Source: Balanoglossus misakiensis (Eukaryota > Animalia > Hemichordata). From it: a stretch of DNA of 64,000 bases. A program made the position numbers and the translations under genes. Shown here one piece after another: positions 10,753 to 23,900 of the stretch; the stretch's first letter is position 1, and every line of letters starts with the position of its first letter. Below the pieces are notes generated by a model, which saw nothing but the letters and a program-made list of their open reading frames with translations, searched no databases and was not told the DNA's origin. The stretch is from positions 6,164,137-6,228,136 of the forward strand of contig CM082595.2 in NCBI GenBank assembly GCA_040954595.2, read 5' to 3'.

Positions 10753-13716
10753 TTACGCCACCTGCGGTAACTCTGGTATTCCGTATGTTTTTGGCAAATC
10801 TCGGAGCATATTTAGCGTCTCCTCTCGCTCGTCTGAAGCGGCGTCCACCTCATCTCCTCCGTCCAAGGGCGTTGCTGAAACTTCCAGACTCTTGCGTTTC
10901 CTGCGGACCGTTATCAGGAATCCGATGATGTTGTCTAATACGTCACTTTCAATCGCTATTCCATTCGACTGGCTGACCTGTTCATGAGTAGGAAAAGATG
11001 AGACAAACAAACAAACAAACGGGAAGACAGACAGACAGACGGAAGGACAGATAACCAGACAAAGACAGCGAGAGAGAGAGACAGAGAAACAGAGAAAATG
11101 GTGAGTCACAAGAGACAGACAAGGAGAGTGAATCTATGATGTACATGTACTAGTATACAAATTCAATTGCAAAGAAATGTGATAATACAGGGAGAAGTCT
11201 AGTATCGAGGGCGGGAAGATAAACATTAACACGCTTGTAACATTTGTGCTGTTTAACCATAGACAGTGCTGTCTATGGTTTAACACGACGGGCCATGTGT
11301 TGTTTGTCCAGCATCTCATGAGAATTTCCTCCGATCAAATCTGCCTAGTCATGCGAGATCTCGCAGGTTCTCAGGGAGTTGAGGAAACGGTCTATTGCTT
11401 CAGCACCACCCATCACCCCAACACCATCCATAATATTATCAGGGACATTACATCTTACCCTGTGGAGGAAGTTGGCCAAGCAGATCTCCATGTGTCCCCA
11501 TTGCGGTATCAAATCTTCACGCTTTACGGCCGATAGATTTGCACTGCCTTGGTAGACGTGGTCGAAGGTCTCGCAGATCAACAGATAACACAGAAGAAAC
11601 GTGTTTTTCTACATAAAATATATAATTGTCTGATTTTAAATCCATACTCTGTACATTTTCTCGAGAGGTTAGCCGACGTCAGAATAGCAATGACAAACTG
11701 GTTCCATACATTCAGCTACATTTTTCATTCTTAGCAAATACTTCGTCCGCTTTTTCTCATAGAAATTAATCGTCATTTTGGGTACTTGGAGAGCAAACAT
11801 AGTTGCTTGTGGTTGCAGAGTAAAGACGAAACTGTCGTAAAACTGGTTTAAAATCTTATCTACCAGTATGGGATTCATCATACGTTAGTCGTAGTACCAA
11901 CAGAAATGCTGGAAGCGGTACTAGAGGCAAAATTTGACCTACCCTGGCTAATACATCAATCTTGGAGACCTCGCTTTCGGCGTCGCACAATATGGAGGCG
12001 ACAGATCGTGACATGAAAGCCACCACAGTGTTGTACACCAGTATGTCTTGTGACGTCAGCACTTCTGCATTGAGGAGTTTGCTCAGTGCGGGTTCTGCTG
12101 TGTCGAGCAGCCAGACACAGACTGAGTCCGGGATGCCGGGCATGGGGCCGTCGTCCAGCAACTCCAGGACATAAGAAGGCACGGCCCACTGAGAAGGTAG
12201 AGTTGACGAGTGTTTAATATGCAATCACATTACACACGTACATTAGCCGTTCTTCTGATATCAATAAGACAAGCAGAGGCTACTCACCGATGAAGCAGCA
12301 TCGACTTCATCACCGCCATCGCCAACGCTGACTTCGGCGCCTTTCGTTTGTATACACTTGAACGCACTCATGGGGGTCATTCTTGATTGCGCATTTTTAC
12401 GAGAAACCCTGCAATGTAACAATTTATATACATTTGCACATTTATTAATTTGATACTACTGAATGTGTCATTACTAGAGAAACGAACGGACTGACCGGCG
12501 GAAGTCGGACAGACAGACGTCTAGACAAACAAGCAGACATATTCAAACAGGCAGACAGGCAGACAGAGATGGTAGTGGTGGCGGCGGAGGTGGTTATGTC
12601 TATTTACCTCACAAGGGAGACCATCGCTTCTACAAGAGGCACACAATACTCGATACAGCGGCGACCGGGAAACTCTCCCTCAGACGTGTATTCACACAGG
12701 TATCTGTTGACAAAGAAAGTGAAGAATCCGTTGCCGAGGTTTCTACATGAAAGCGACTTTTCTCTGGAGTTGCAGGCAGCCAGCACATACGTCGATGCGT
12801 CCATCGTCTGTCCCAGGAGATTGTGGGCGAATTTTCCTGCGAAGCAACAGTCCAGAATCATGATGACGTATTTGGCCTTGGCTCCCTTGACAGCCTCATT
12901 CAGATCGGAGACTGTTATGACTGATTCCCTCGTCTTGTTGTAGTCGGCAGGTACCAGCACCGTCTCGCCTTCAGCCGTCATTAAGCAATGGCCGGAAAAG
13001 TGAAACACCAGCACGCCATCGCTGGGCACTTCTCGCGCACAGACTTTCAGGGATGCCTTGACCATGTTCCCGTTGGCTGGAGTTTCGCAGTCGTCACTTG
13101 TGAATAATCTGACGTGATCCTGGATAAGAAAAATAACACATAAGGTTGTGTTCAACACAATTGTCAGGAAAATTTAGCAGCTGAAGACTTGGTCATCATG
13201 CTTAAAAAACTTTCCAAGGATTATGTCAATGTTCCTGGGCCAAGTGTTCTAAAAAGAACATTCCATTTCACAGTGACTATATCAGTAGCACTTCTACGTT
13301 ACTAAAGCTTATACTATCCTTTTCACTCAACTTACCTCTGGGAAACCCAGGTGATTTGTCAGTGTGTCGTATATTGTGGACGCATCATTATTAGCTGAGG
13401 CCCCAAGGTCAGCCACTGACACATGCAGTTGTTTACCGACCCCTATTTGGTGGAGAAAAGCACGAAAAGCATGAAATTTATAAGCCTGATTAAGACACAA
13501 ATTCATAATGCATAACATCTGGAGACACGATAATTACACAAGAGTGCAGATGTTGCTTCAGGCACCTGTAAAATGAGTTTCTGTACCTGCACAGACGGCG
13601 TAACTGCTTCCGGCGTTGTACTTAAAGTTTTCTTCCGGGGCGAGGAAGAAGTTCGTCCAGTCTTCGTATTCATCTCGCTCGATACTGTGATTCTTGCGCG
13701 AATGGCTGCTGCCCAT
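10753..13716 (-). CDS. Metacaspase/orthocaspase-like (peptidase C14, clan CD) protease copy A, 496 aa, 7 exons
   Basis: Exons 13716-13587, 13442-13336, 13119-12608, 12408-12288, 12188-11943, 11608-11459 and 10977-10753 join in frame (1491 nt). Motifs: YAVCAGV...LGASANNDASTIYDTL...LGFP, VLVFHFSGHC, VIMILDCCFAG, VLAACNSREKS...NGFFTFFV. N-terminus MGSSHS. Confidence 0.88.
11251..11284. mobile_element. 20-bp TIR-only transposon remnant with 7-bp TSD
   Basis: GTTTAAC + CATAGACAG-TG-CTGTCTATG + GTTTAAC. The paralogous site in copy B (about 15880, atttaacacgac) is empty. Confidence 0.8.
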
Positions 13717-14297
13717 GGTAAGCTGATAGCAAAACGACCACAGAAGGGTTATAGAGCGTTAGCGGCAGTAGCAGTAATGGTGTAAATACCGTGAATACCA
13801 CATATACTGTTCTTTTTCCGCAACGACAGAAATACTAAGCTTATCAGCTGTCATGTCATCCACCATATGAAACCACTTTCACTGTAAGACGTACATCAAA
13901 ATCGTGTTTATGTCACTCTAAGGATAGGAACAGTCGCCATCTCTGCTGGAGTATGTATGTCGTCACATCATAGACGCCCAGGGTCACATTGACACCTGCG
14001 TCACCATCGCCTATCTAACGACCGTTGTTTCAGTGCCTTTATACTTATACCTTGACGTGACCCAAATCTTTCTACGCATGTCATGTGACACAGAGTGTCA
14101 CCAGCCGCAGAGCCTGCAGTGTAGTTCAACGTCTCGGTGCGTGTACTTACCAAAATAAGATGCCTTAACCAGTTAAACGGTGTTCGAAGGTGTCCAGCGG
14201 TGTTATATGTACCGTGCGGCTCGTCATGTGATGCTTTGAGACTACTGGAAAGTTGATAAGAATATCTCGTGATCTAACACGACCACTCAATTCTGCC

Positions 14298-14455
14298 GGG
14301 GCTTTCCAAGACGCCATAGCTGCCCAATGACCCAGCTGCTAAAATAATAATGATTTCATTGTCACACCCCCTGACCCTCGCCAATTCGGGCTACCCACGT
14401 CAGACCTCCCTTACAAAGTTTTGACAGGGCTGTTTTAAGTGGCAAGGGAGTTTCC
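14298..14455. promoter_or_regulatory. Two kappaB-consensus sites upstream of protease copy A
   Basis: GGGGCTTTCC (14298-14307) and GGGAGTTTCC (14446-14455) match GGGRNWYYCC. Both are conserved upstream of copy B. Confidence 0.5.
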
Positions 14456-15226
14456 GAACACAAATGGACAGGCACGACGAACCCGGAAACACACAGTTTT
14501 ATTTATAATAGATTTAGAAATCATGAGACATTATGGTCATACTGATAAGTTATTACCCATATGGTTTATCAAACTAAAGATATGGACTCGTGCCAAAAGA
14601 GTGCATGATGTCATGTCCCACAATGTGTTTTGCAAATGGTCAATTATATGGAACGTTAAAGCCCATCATCAATGAGCCATTTTTCATCTGCTATTTACAT
14701 GTAGTTGTTTATACCACTTCTACATAAACCAAAACCTTCACGAAGTTGGTGTTTTATTTTTAAACAATCGCGTCAGTTTCGATGGGAGGCAGATTTAATG
14801 TACTATTTCACTATTCGTAAAACGAGATCGCCGACTTTACAATTTAACTTGAATTCAGTTAAGACATATTTGAATTCTATTTGACTTAAAGCTGTCATGG
14901 TCGGACGAGAGAAATAACTTGTTTATCTTTCAAAGACACATGTAAATACATGTATAGGCACTTTAACATATGTAGTTAAGCAATAAGCACTATATTCCTG
15001 TTTCTTTTAAGTGGAAACTTAACCACAGCGACCACCGTATATTACAAACCGAAGCACTCAAGAAACCTGTCAACACCCTAAAGGCTTGGTTACACGTCTC
15101 TCGACATGACATCCGTATAATGATTGGAATACAATATTTCCATAAAACTTAAAACACGGAGAATAATACACGAACAGTGACTATCAAATCAAAATGAGAT
15201 CTTCCTGACTGAGTTTTGCCATACAG

Positions 15227-15488
15227 TTACGCCACTTGCGGTAACTCTGGTATTCCGTATGTTTTTGGCAAATCTCGGAGCATATTTAGCGTCTCCTCTC
15301 GCTCGTCTGAAGCGGAGTCCACCTCATCTTCTCCGTCCAAGGGCGTTGCTGAAGCTTCTAGACTCATGCGTTTCCTTTGGACCGTCCTGAGGAATCCGAT
15401 GATGTTGACAAATACGTCACTTTTGGGTGCTATTCCATTCGACTGGCTGACCTGTTCACGAGTAGGAAAAGATGAGACAAACAAACAT

Positions 15489-15522
<34 letters not shown>

Positions 15523-18500
15523 CGACAAACGGAAGGATTGACGGACGGACGGGCGGACAGTTAACCAGACAAAGACAACGAGAGAGAGACCGAGACTCAC
15601 AGAGAAACAGAAAATGGTGAGTCACGAAGACAGACAAAGAGATTGAATCTATGATGTACTGGTATGCAAATTGCAAAGAAATTTGAATCGGATAATACAG
15701 GGAGAAGTCCAGTATAAACGAAACAATTAAATATGTCATTCTCTATTTAGTTTCTCAAACGTTCAAGAAAGAAATTATACAAATTATACTAGTCACAAAC
15801 TAAAACACATGTATTGAGTATACTAGTACATCTGAGAGGATTGGAAGATGAACATGAACACTCGTGTAACATTTGTGCCATTTAACACGACAGGCCATGT
15901 GTTGTTTGTCCAGTGTCTCATGAGAATTTCCTCCGATAAAAACTGACTAGTCATGCGAGATCTCGCAGGTTCTCGCTCTATTGCTTCAGCACCAACCACC
16001 ACCCCACCCCAACACCATCCCTATCATTATCAGGGACATCACATCTTACCTCGTAGAGGAAGTAGACCAAGCAGATCTCCATGTGTCCCCATTGCGGTAA
16101 GAAATCTTTACGCTTTACGGCCGATTGATTTGCACTGCCTTGGTAGACGTGGTCGAAGGTCTCGCAGATTAATAGATAACACTGAAGAAACGTGTTCTTC
16201 TACATAAAATATATAATTATCTGATTTTAAATCCATACTCTGTACATTTTCTCGAAAGGTTAACCGACGTCAGAATAGCAATGACAAACTGGTTCCATAC
16301 ATTCAGTTACATGTGTCATTCTTAGCAAATACTTCGTGCACAGACATTCATAGTTGCTTGTGGTTGCAAAGGGGAAGACGAAATTGTCGTAAAAATGGTT
16401 TCAAATCCCATCTACCAATATGGGATTCATCATACGTAAGTCGTAGTACCAACAAAAATGCCGAAAGCTGTACGAGAAGCAAAATTTGACGTACCCTGGT
16501 TAACTTGGACACCTCGCTTTCGGCGTCGCACAATATGGAGGTGACAGATCGTGACATGAAAGCCACCACAGTGTTGTATACCAGTATGTCTTGTGACGTC
16601 AGCACTTCGGCATTGAGGAGTTTGCTGAGTGCGGGTTCTGCTGTGTCGAGCAGCCAGACACAGACTGAGTCCGGGATGACGGGCATGGGGTCGTCGTCCA
16701 GTAACTCTAAGACATACGAAGGCCCGGCCCACTGAGAAGGTAGAGTTGACGAGTGTTCAATATGCAATCCCATTACACACATTAGCCGTTCTTCTGATTT
16801 GAATAAGACAAGCAGACAGACAGACAGACACTAGACAGACAGAGCTACGACAATAGCTCAATTGGTATACCATGTGAGCTAAAATTGACCAGGACTACAA
16901 TTGTCATGCATGGTTAAAAGGGGACAGACATTCCACTCACCGATAAAGCAGCATCGACTTCATCACCGCCATCGCCAACGCTGACTTCGGCGCCTTTCGT
17001 TTGTATACACTTGAATGCACTCATGGGGGTCATTCTGGATTGCGCATTCTTACGAAAACTCCTGCAATGTAACAATTTATAAACATTTGTACATTTAATA
17101 ATTTGATACACTCACCCACATAAATCAGACATATTACTGAATGTGGGTTTTGAATGTGTCATTACTAGAGAAACGGACGGACTGGCCGGCGGAAGTCGGA
17201 CAGACAGACGTCCAGACAAACAAGCAGACATATTCAAACAGGCAGACAGGCAGACAGAGATGGAAGTGATGGCGGCGGTGGTGGCGGCGGTGGTGGTGGT
17301 GGTGATTATGTGTGTCTATTTACCTCACAAGGGAGACCATCGCTTCTACAAGAGGCACACAGTACTCGATACAGCGGCGACCGGGAAACTCTCCCTCAGA
17401 CGTGTATTCACACAGGTATCTGTTGACAAAGAACGTGAAGATTCCGTTGCCGAGGTTTCTGAACGAGAGCGACTTTTCTCTGGAGTTGCAGGCAGCCAGC
17501 ACATACGTCGATGCGTCCATCGTCTGTCCCAGGAGATTGTGGGCGAATTTTCCTGCGAAGCAACAGTCCAGAATCATGATGACGTATTTTGCCTTGGCTC
17601 CCTTGAGAGCTTCATTAAGATCAGAGACCGTTATGAGTGATTCCCTCGTCTTGTTGTAGTCGGCAGGTACCAGCACCGTCTCGCCTTCAGCCGTCATTAA
17701 GCAATGGCCGGAAAAGTGAAACACCAGCACGCCATCGCTGGGCACTTCACGCGCACAGACTTTCAGGGATGCCTTGACCATGTTCCCGTTGGCTGGAGTT
17801 TCGCAGTCGTCACTTGTGAATAATCTGACGTGATCCTGGATGTTAAAAGAAAAAGAACACATAAGGGACCGTTCAGTTTTTACGGCCGGGGGGGGGGCGG
17901 CAAAATCCAGGGGGGGGGGGGGGTCACTTAAATTTTGAAGTCCACAAAAGGGGGGGGGTCATCTGTTTTTTTTTAAACGTTTAGGGGGGGTCACATACTT
18001 TTGCCACCGAACTTTTGCTTTTGAGTCCACAAAATTGCAGTTTCGCACCCTTTATTTTACAAAATTTTCTTATGTGAGAGGGGGACACCCCCTCCTACAC
18101 CCACCCCCTCCATTCTTCGCCACATTGCATTTATTCACTGGTTTGTCTAGTGTACCAGGGAAGACTTCTTGCCACCCCACCCCCACCCCGATGCTTACTT
18201 TGAGTGGAGTGGCAAAATTAAAATTTGTCCTCCCTAACATTGAGTTAATTTGCTTTTGAGTTCATTAAATTGCAACTTTGAGCACCGTATTTTACAAAAT
18301 TTTCTTATGTGGGATGGGGACATCCCCTCCCACGCCCACCCCCGCCACTTTTCTTGTTTTACCGATTCTAGCAACTATTGTATTGACTTGTCATTTTAAT
18401 TTGTTCATAGATACAGTGTACATAGGATCAGGACGGCGAATGTTTTGGGCGTGGGGGGGTCATCATATTTTTGGGTCTGTCAAAGGGGGGGGGGGGTCAT

Positions 18501-19446
18501 CAATTTTTGGTCCTGGGTGAAGGGGGGTCGGCCTGATTTTGAGAACCGATGACACAAACTTGCCGCCCCCCCCCCCCTGCCGTAAAAACTGAACGGTCCC
18601 TAAGGTTGTGTTCAACACAATTGTCAGGAAAATTTAGCAGCTGAAGACTTGTGAACTTGGTCATCCATGCTTAAAAAAACTTCCCAAGGATTATGTCAAT
18701 GTTCCTGGGCCAAGTGTTCTAAAAATTACATTCCATTTCACAGTGACTATATCCGTAGCAATTCTACGTTACTAAAGCTTATACTATCCTTTTCACTCAA
18801 CTTACCACTGGGAAACCCAGGTGATTTGTCAGTGTGTCATATATTGTGGACGCATCATTATTGGCCGAGGCCCCAATGTCACCTACTGGTGAGACATACT
18901 GTTGTTTACCGACCCCTGTTGGGTGTATAAAAACACAAAAATCGTGAAATTTAATTCCCAACAGCTTGCTTCTAACAGGATCTCCAATCAATAGGCCTGA
19001 TTATAACACAAATCCATAAATCATAACATGTGGAGACAAGTTGGTAGCCAAGTACGTGTCATACTGTACTATAGTCAAGCCTTGTGTGCAAATACAATAG
19101 GCGTGGGTGTATCCTGTGGAACATGGTCCACATAGACTGCCTAGTCGTACGAGATCTCGCAGTTTCTCGTCGAGTTCTGAAAATGGTCTATTGGCACAGA
19201 CACTCACAGGATGCCAAGTGGGGATAAACGACAATTTAGTACATCCCAGAGCTCACATGACAGGTGTAATCACCCCTATATGTTGCTTCGGGCACCTGTA
19301 AAATGCGTTTCTGTACCTGCACAGACGGCGTAACTGCTTCCGGCGTTGTACTCAAAATTTTCTTCCGGGGCAAGGAAGAAATTCGTCCAGTCTTCGTATT
19401 CATCTTGCTTGATACTGTGCTTCTTGCGCGAGTGGCTACTGCCCAT
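15227..19446 (-). CDS. Metacaspase-like protease copy B, 494 aa, 7 exons (recent tandem duplicate of copy A)
   Basis: Exons 19446-19317, 18915-18806, 17835-17324, 17061-16941, 16731-16495, 16199-16050 and 15451-15227 join in frame (1485 nt). HFSGHC and LDCCFAG are intact. Confidence 0.88.
17865..18600. mobile_element. 736-bp PIF/Harbinger (Tourist)-like MITE in intron 2 of protease copy B
   Basis: TIRs GGGACCGTTCAGTTTTTACGGC / GCCGTAAAAACTGAACGGTCCC, flanked by a TAA TSD (17862-17864, 18601-18603). Copy A has the empty site cacaTAAggttgtg at about 13137-13150. Confidence 0.92.
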
Positions 19447-19996
19447 GGTAAGCTGATAGCAAAAGACCACAGAAGGGATATTATAGATCGTTAGCCGCAG
19501 TAGCAGTAATGGTGTAAATACCGTGTATACCACATATACTGTTCTTGTTCCGCAACTACAGAAATACTAAGCTTATCAGAATCAGCAGTCTTGTTATCAC
19601 CCAACATATAAAGCCACTTTCACTATAAAGACGTACATCAGAATCGTGTTTATGTTGCACTGAGGATACGAACAATCCCCATCTCTGGAGTATGTATGTC
19701 GTCACATCATAGAGGTCCATCCCGTTGTTTCAGTGCCTTTATACTTACCTTGACGTGATTCAAATCTTTCTACGCAATGTCATGTGACATAGAGTGTCAC
19801 CAACCGCAGGGCCTACGTTGAGTTCAATGTCTCGGTGCGTGTACTTACCAGAATAAGATGCCTTAACCAGTTCGAAGGTGTTCAGTTGTTAACGAAATAG
19901 CGTGAAATGTACCGTGCGGCTCGTAATGTGACGCTTGGAGACTACTGGAAAGTTAATAAGAAGATCTCGTGATCTAACACGGCTATTCACTCTGTC

Positions 19997-20158
19997 GGGG
20001 CTTTCCAAGACGCCATAGTTGCTGAATGACGCAGCTGCTAAAATAGAACTGTTTTCATTGTCGCAACCCCTGACCCTCACCAATTCGGGTTAGGCTACCC
20101 ACGTCAGACTGGCCTTTCGATGTTTTGACAGGCTGTTTTAAGTGGCAAGGGAGTTTCC
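19997..20158. promoter_or_regulatory. Two kappaB-consensus sites upstream of protease copy B
   Basis: GGGGCTTTCC at 19997-20006 and GGGAGTTTCC at 20149-20158. Confidence 0.5.
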
Positions 20159-20929
20159 GAACACTTCTACATAAACCGAAACCTTCACGAAGTTGGTGCA
20201 ATAAAATTTTATTTTTAAACAATCGCGTCAGTTTCGATGGGAGGCAATTTATAAAGGTATTGTTCCACAATTCGTACATCGAGATCCCCTACGTCACCGG
20301 TGAATGTACCATTAAACTTGAATTCAGTTAAGACGTATTTGAATTCTATTTGACTTAAAGCTGTCATGGTGAAAAGAGAGAATTAACTTGTTTATCTTTC
20401 AAAGACACATGTAAATACATGTATAGGCACTTTAACATAATGTAGTTTAGCAATAAGCACTATATTCCTGTTTTTTTTAGTGGAAACTTAACCACAGCGA
20501 CCACCGTATATTACAAACCGAAGCACTCAAGAAACCTGTCAACACCCTAAAGGCTTGGTTACACGTCAACAGTGAACATGTCTCATCCAACAAGAAGGTC
20601 TCTGGTTTCGAGAAGTATAAAAGACATTTAAAATAATACTGTTGTAACATCTGGTTGTTATGGAATGCTCTATCAGGAATGTTGCTCCAACCAGCTTCCA
20701 AGAACTCGTGAGTTCGTGCCCGTTATCCACATACGTGCACATACGTTTCTGTTGACAAATAATTGCAGTGTCTGATATAAAATATTAATTGCTTAAAATT
20801 GCACATGCTGTATGAAAGATTAATAATTGGGAACTTGGTTACCAGCACGAATTCGAGAATGTACATATATATATAGAAAAAATACAAGTTTTTAGTACAG
20901 CAGTGTCTGTACATCTTTCACGTAAACAA

Positions 20930-23900
20930 TCATTCAATTTGTGGTAGCTCTGGTACACCACAAAGCCTTGGCAGATTTCGAAGAATTTTCAACGCCTCTA
21001 AGCGGTCGCTTGAAGCAGAATCCACCTCGTCCTCGTCATCGTCGGGTGGAATGTTCTTCCTCGATCCTCGACACCTCTCCCTTGCGTACACCAGCCTCGT
21101 CAGGAGTCCGATGATGTCCGCAAACAACTCCTCCCCGAACTCAACACATTTGGCGTGGCATACCTTTGGGGGAGTAAAGACAGAAAACGTAATGATTGCT
21201 GAACCTAAACGTGAAAGTAAGGTTATCGTAGTTAAAGGCGCTTTTCAATTTTAAGTGATTCTTTCAATGTGTGTAAGTGGTCATTGTCGTCAGTTGTCAT
21301 TGTCATCATCACCACCATCACCACGATATATGTGGTTTGACTTACCATCTTGACATAGTTCACCAGAGAAATTTCCATGTGGGCCATCTTGGGCATCAGG
21401 TCTGGATTGCAGCGGTCGACACGGTCAAGGGTCTCGCAAATACGCAGATAACACACAAGGAATGTGTTACCCTGAAAATAGAAAACAAAATCTAACCACC
21501 ATTCCTAGATTCATTACTTTTTTGGATAGACTGCTTTGACCCATTCACTTAGTCACTGCAATGACTACGCAGTTTCCAATTTATTTTCTAATTAAATAGT
21601 ATTTTGTTATATTTCAGTTACGAAACAGTAGAGAGCTTTCACAACAAGCATCCAAAAGACCAAAATAACAACTGCACACCTTTGCTAAAACATTTATCTC
21701 CGAGATCTCGCTTCCAGAGTCACACAGTATGGCGGCAGCCGACTGTGACATCATCGCCAGCACAGCTGAGAACATGTCGCGTGTGGTCAACACGCATGCG
21801 CCGTGAAGATCTCGGAGTGCCGGCTCCGCGGAGTTTACCAACCAATCACAGAGTGAGTCCGGCATGACGGGCATGGTCTCGCCTTTGGTGAACAGGTTTA
21901 GCACATATGATGGGACTGTCCACTGTACGGTGAGGAAAAAGACAAGTGAGAGTTATTGTAATAGTTTATCAGGATGTTAGGTACGTAGCCAATATCAACG
22001 AAGTAGTCATTAGAGGAATTACGTATTTCAAGTGCCAAGGAGTTGATTCTCTCTAACTACTGCATCTTCGAGGCTTTTTGCCCGTCTGTCTGTTTGTCTC
22101 TCTCTCTCTCACAACATTACACGAGTTGTGTGTATCGTCCATTGGAGGGCGCACTTCCAATTAACTCACCGCCAATGCAGCATCAACTTCATCATCACTG
22201 ACACCACTCTCTACCATAGTCTCAATTGTCTGAACGCTCTTAAACCCGCTCATCGGTGTCATCATGTACACGTCTTTGCGTATGGGCCTGCGATAGACAG
22301 CAACGTTCAGTTAATTCGTATGGCAGGTGTCCGGCATATCGTAGTACATATAATGCTTCTCATCACAAGCAAAGTTATGTTTGTTTAGTTGAATGTCAAG
22401 TTTTTTTTCTTTCATTGAATTATAGCACCAAATGACTTCACTCAGATGTCAGTTATTGTCGGTGACAATGATAGTCATAGCAACTCAGATGACCATGGTA
22501 AAAACTCCTTGGATAACCATGGTGATGACAAGGAGAAGGTGAGCAGGATGAGGAAGGAGCAATGATAACGGGTAAGTCATGTCCCACCCAATTGGGTTTT
22601 CCTGCTCTATTCCCTGTCATTATACAAGCATTCAGCCTATCAGTGATGTCGTCTCTCAGTGTAGTTGTCGGCATTGCTGAGAGAGAAAAAACACCCATTG
22701 GGTGTTCCTAGTGTATTCCCTGTCATTATACAAGCATTCAGCCTATCAGTGATGTCGTCTGTCAGTGTAGTTGTCGGCATGGCTGAGAAAAAAAAAACAC
22801 CCAATTGGGTGTTCCTAGTGTATTCCCTGTCATTATACAATAATTCAGCCTATCAGTGCTGTCGTCTGTCAGTGTAGTTGTCGGTGTGGTCGAGAAAAAA
22901 CAACATTTACCTCAGAAGGGCTGTCATCGCCTCTACCAGCGGTTCGCAATAGTCGATACAGCGGCGACCAGGAAACTCCCCGGGCGAAGTTTGATCGCGC
23001 AGATACCTGTTGACGAAAAACGTGAAAAATCCGTTGCCGAGATCGGCAAACGAGAGCGACTTCTCCCGCGAGTTGCAGGCGGCCAGGATGTACATGGAGG
23101 CGTCCAACCTGTGCCCGAACAGCAGATCCTGCGCAAATTTCCCGGCGTGGCAGCAGTCCAGGATCATGATGACGTATTTGGCCTTGGCTTCTTTGAGGGC
23201 CTCGTTCAGGTCGAACACGGATATCAGTGAGTCCCAGGACTTGTTGTAGTCGGCGGGCACCAGCACTGCCTGGCCCCTCGCCTTGTTGCAGTGTCCGGAG
23301 AAGTGAAAGAGCAGGACTCCGTCGCTTGGCACGTCCCTGGCGAATACTTTCAGCGAGGCTTTGACGATGTCTCCTATCGCCGGTGTTGTATTGCTTGTAA
23401 ATAGTCTAACGTGGTCCTGATTCAAGCAAATAGGGGAGAATAAGTGAACTGCAACCATTTTATATTAAAATCAAGCGAATACTTTATGGCTACAGTTATC
23501 CCAGAATAGTTCCAAAGACGCGGCTACAGTGCCTTAAAAATCCAAACGTTCCACAGTGCCTCGCATTTTGCATTCCAAATTACCCAATGGCTAAACGAAT
23601 ATAGACATTGGGGTCATAAGTCAACGAAATAAGTTCACCTTTTCCATAATAACTTTATTCGAATCACAGTTAATTTACTTACAGTCGGGAAACCGAGATG
23701 ACTAGTGATTGTGTCATGTATCACGGATGCGTCATTGTCGGCGGCAGGTCCTAGGTCGCTTGCCGCCACGTACAGTTGTTTCCCTACGCCTGTTAGAATA
23801 TTGTGAACAATATATATAGCTTCGGTACAGTGTTAAAGTTCTCGTTTATGGGTTATATAGAATTTAGAATATTCAGAATCCGCCAAATGACTTTGAGGAA

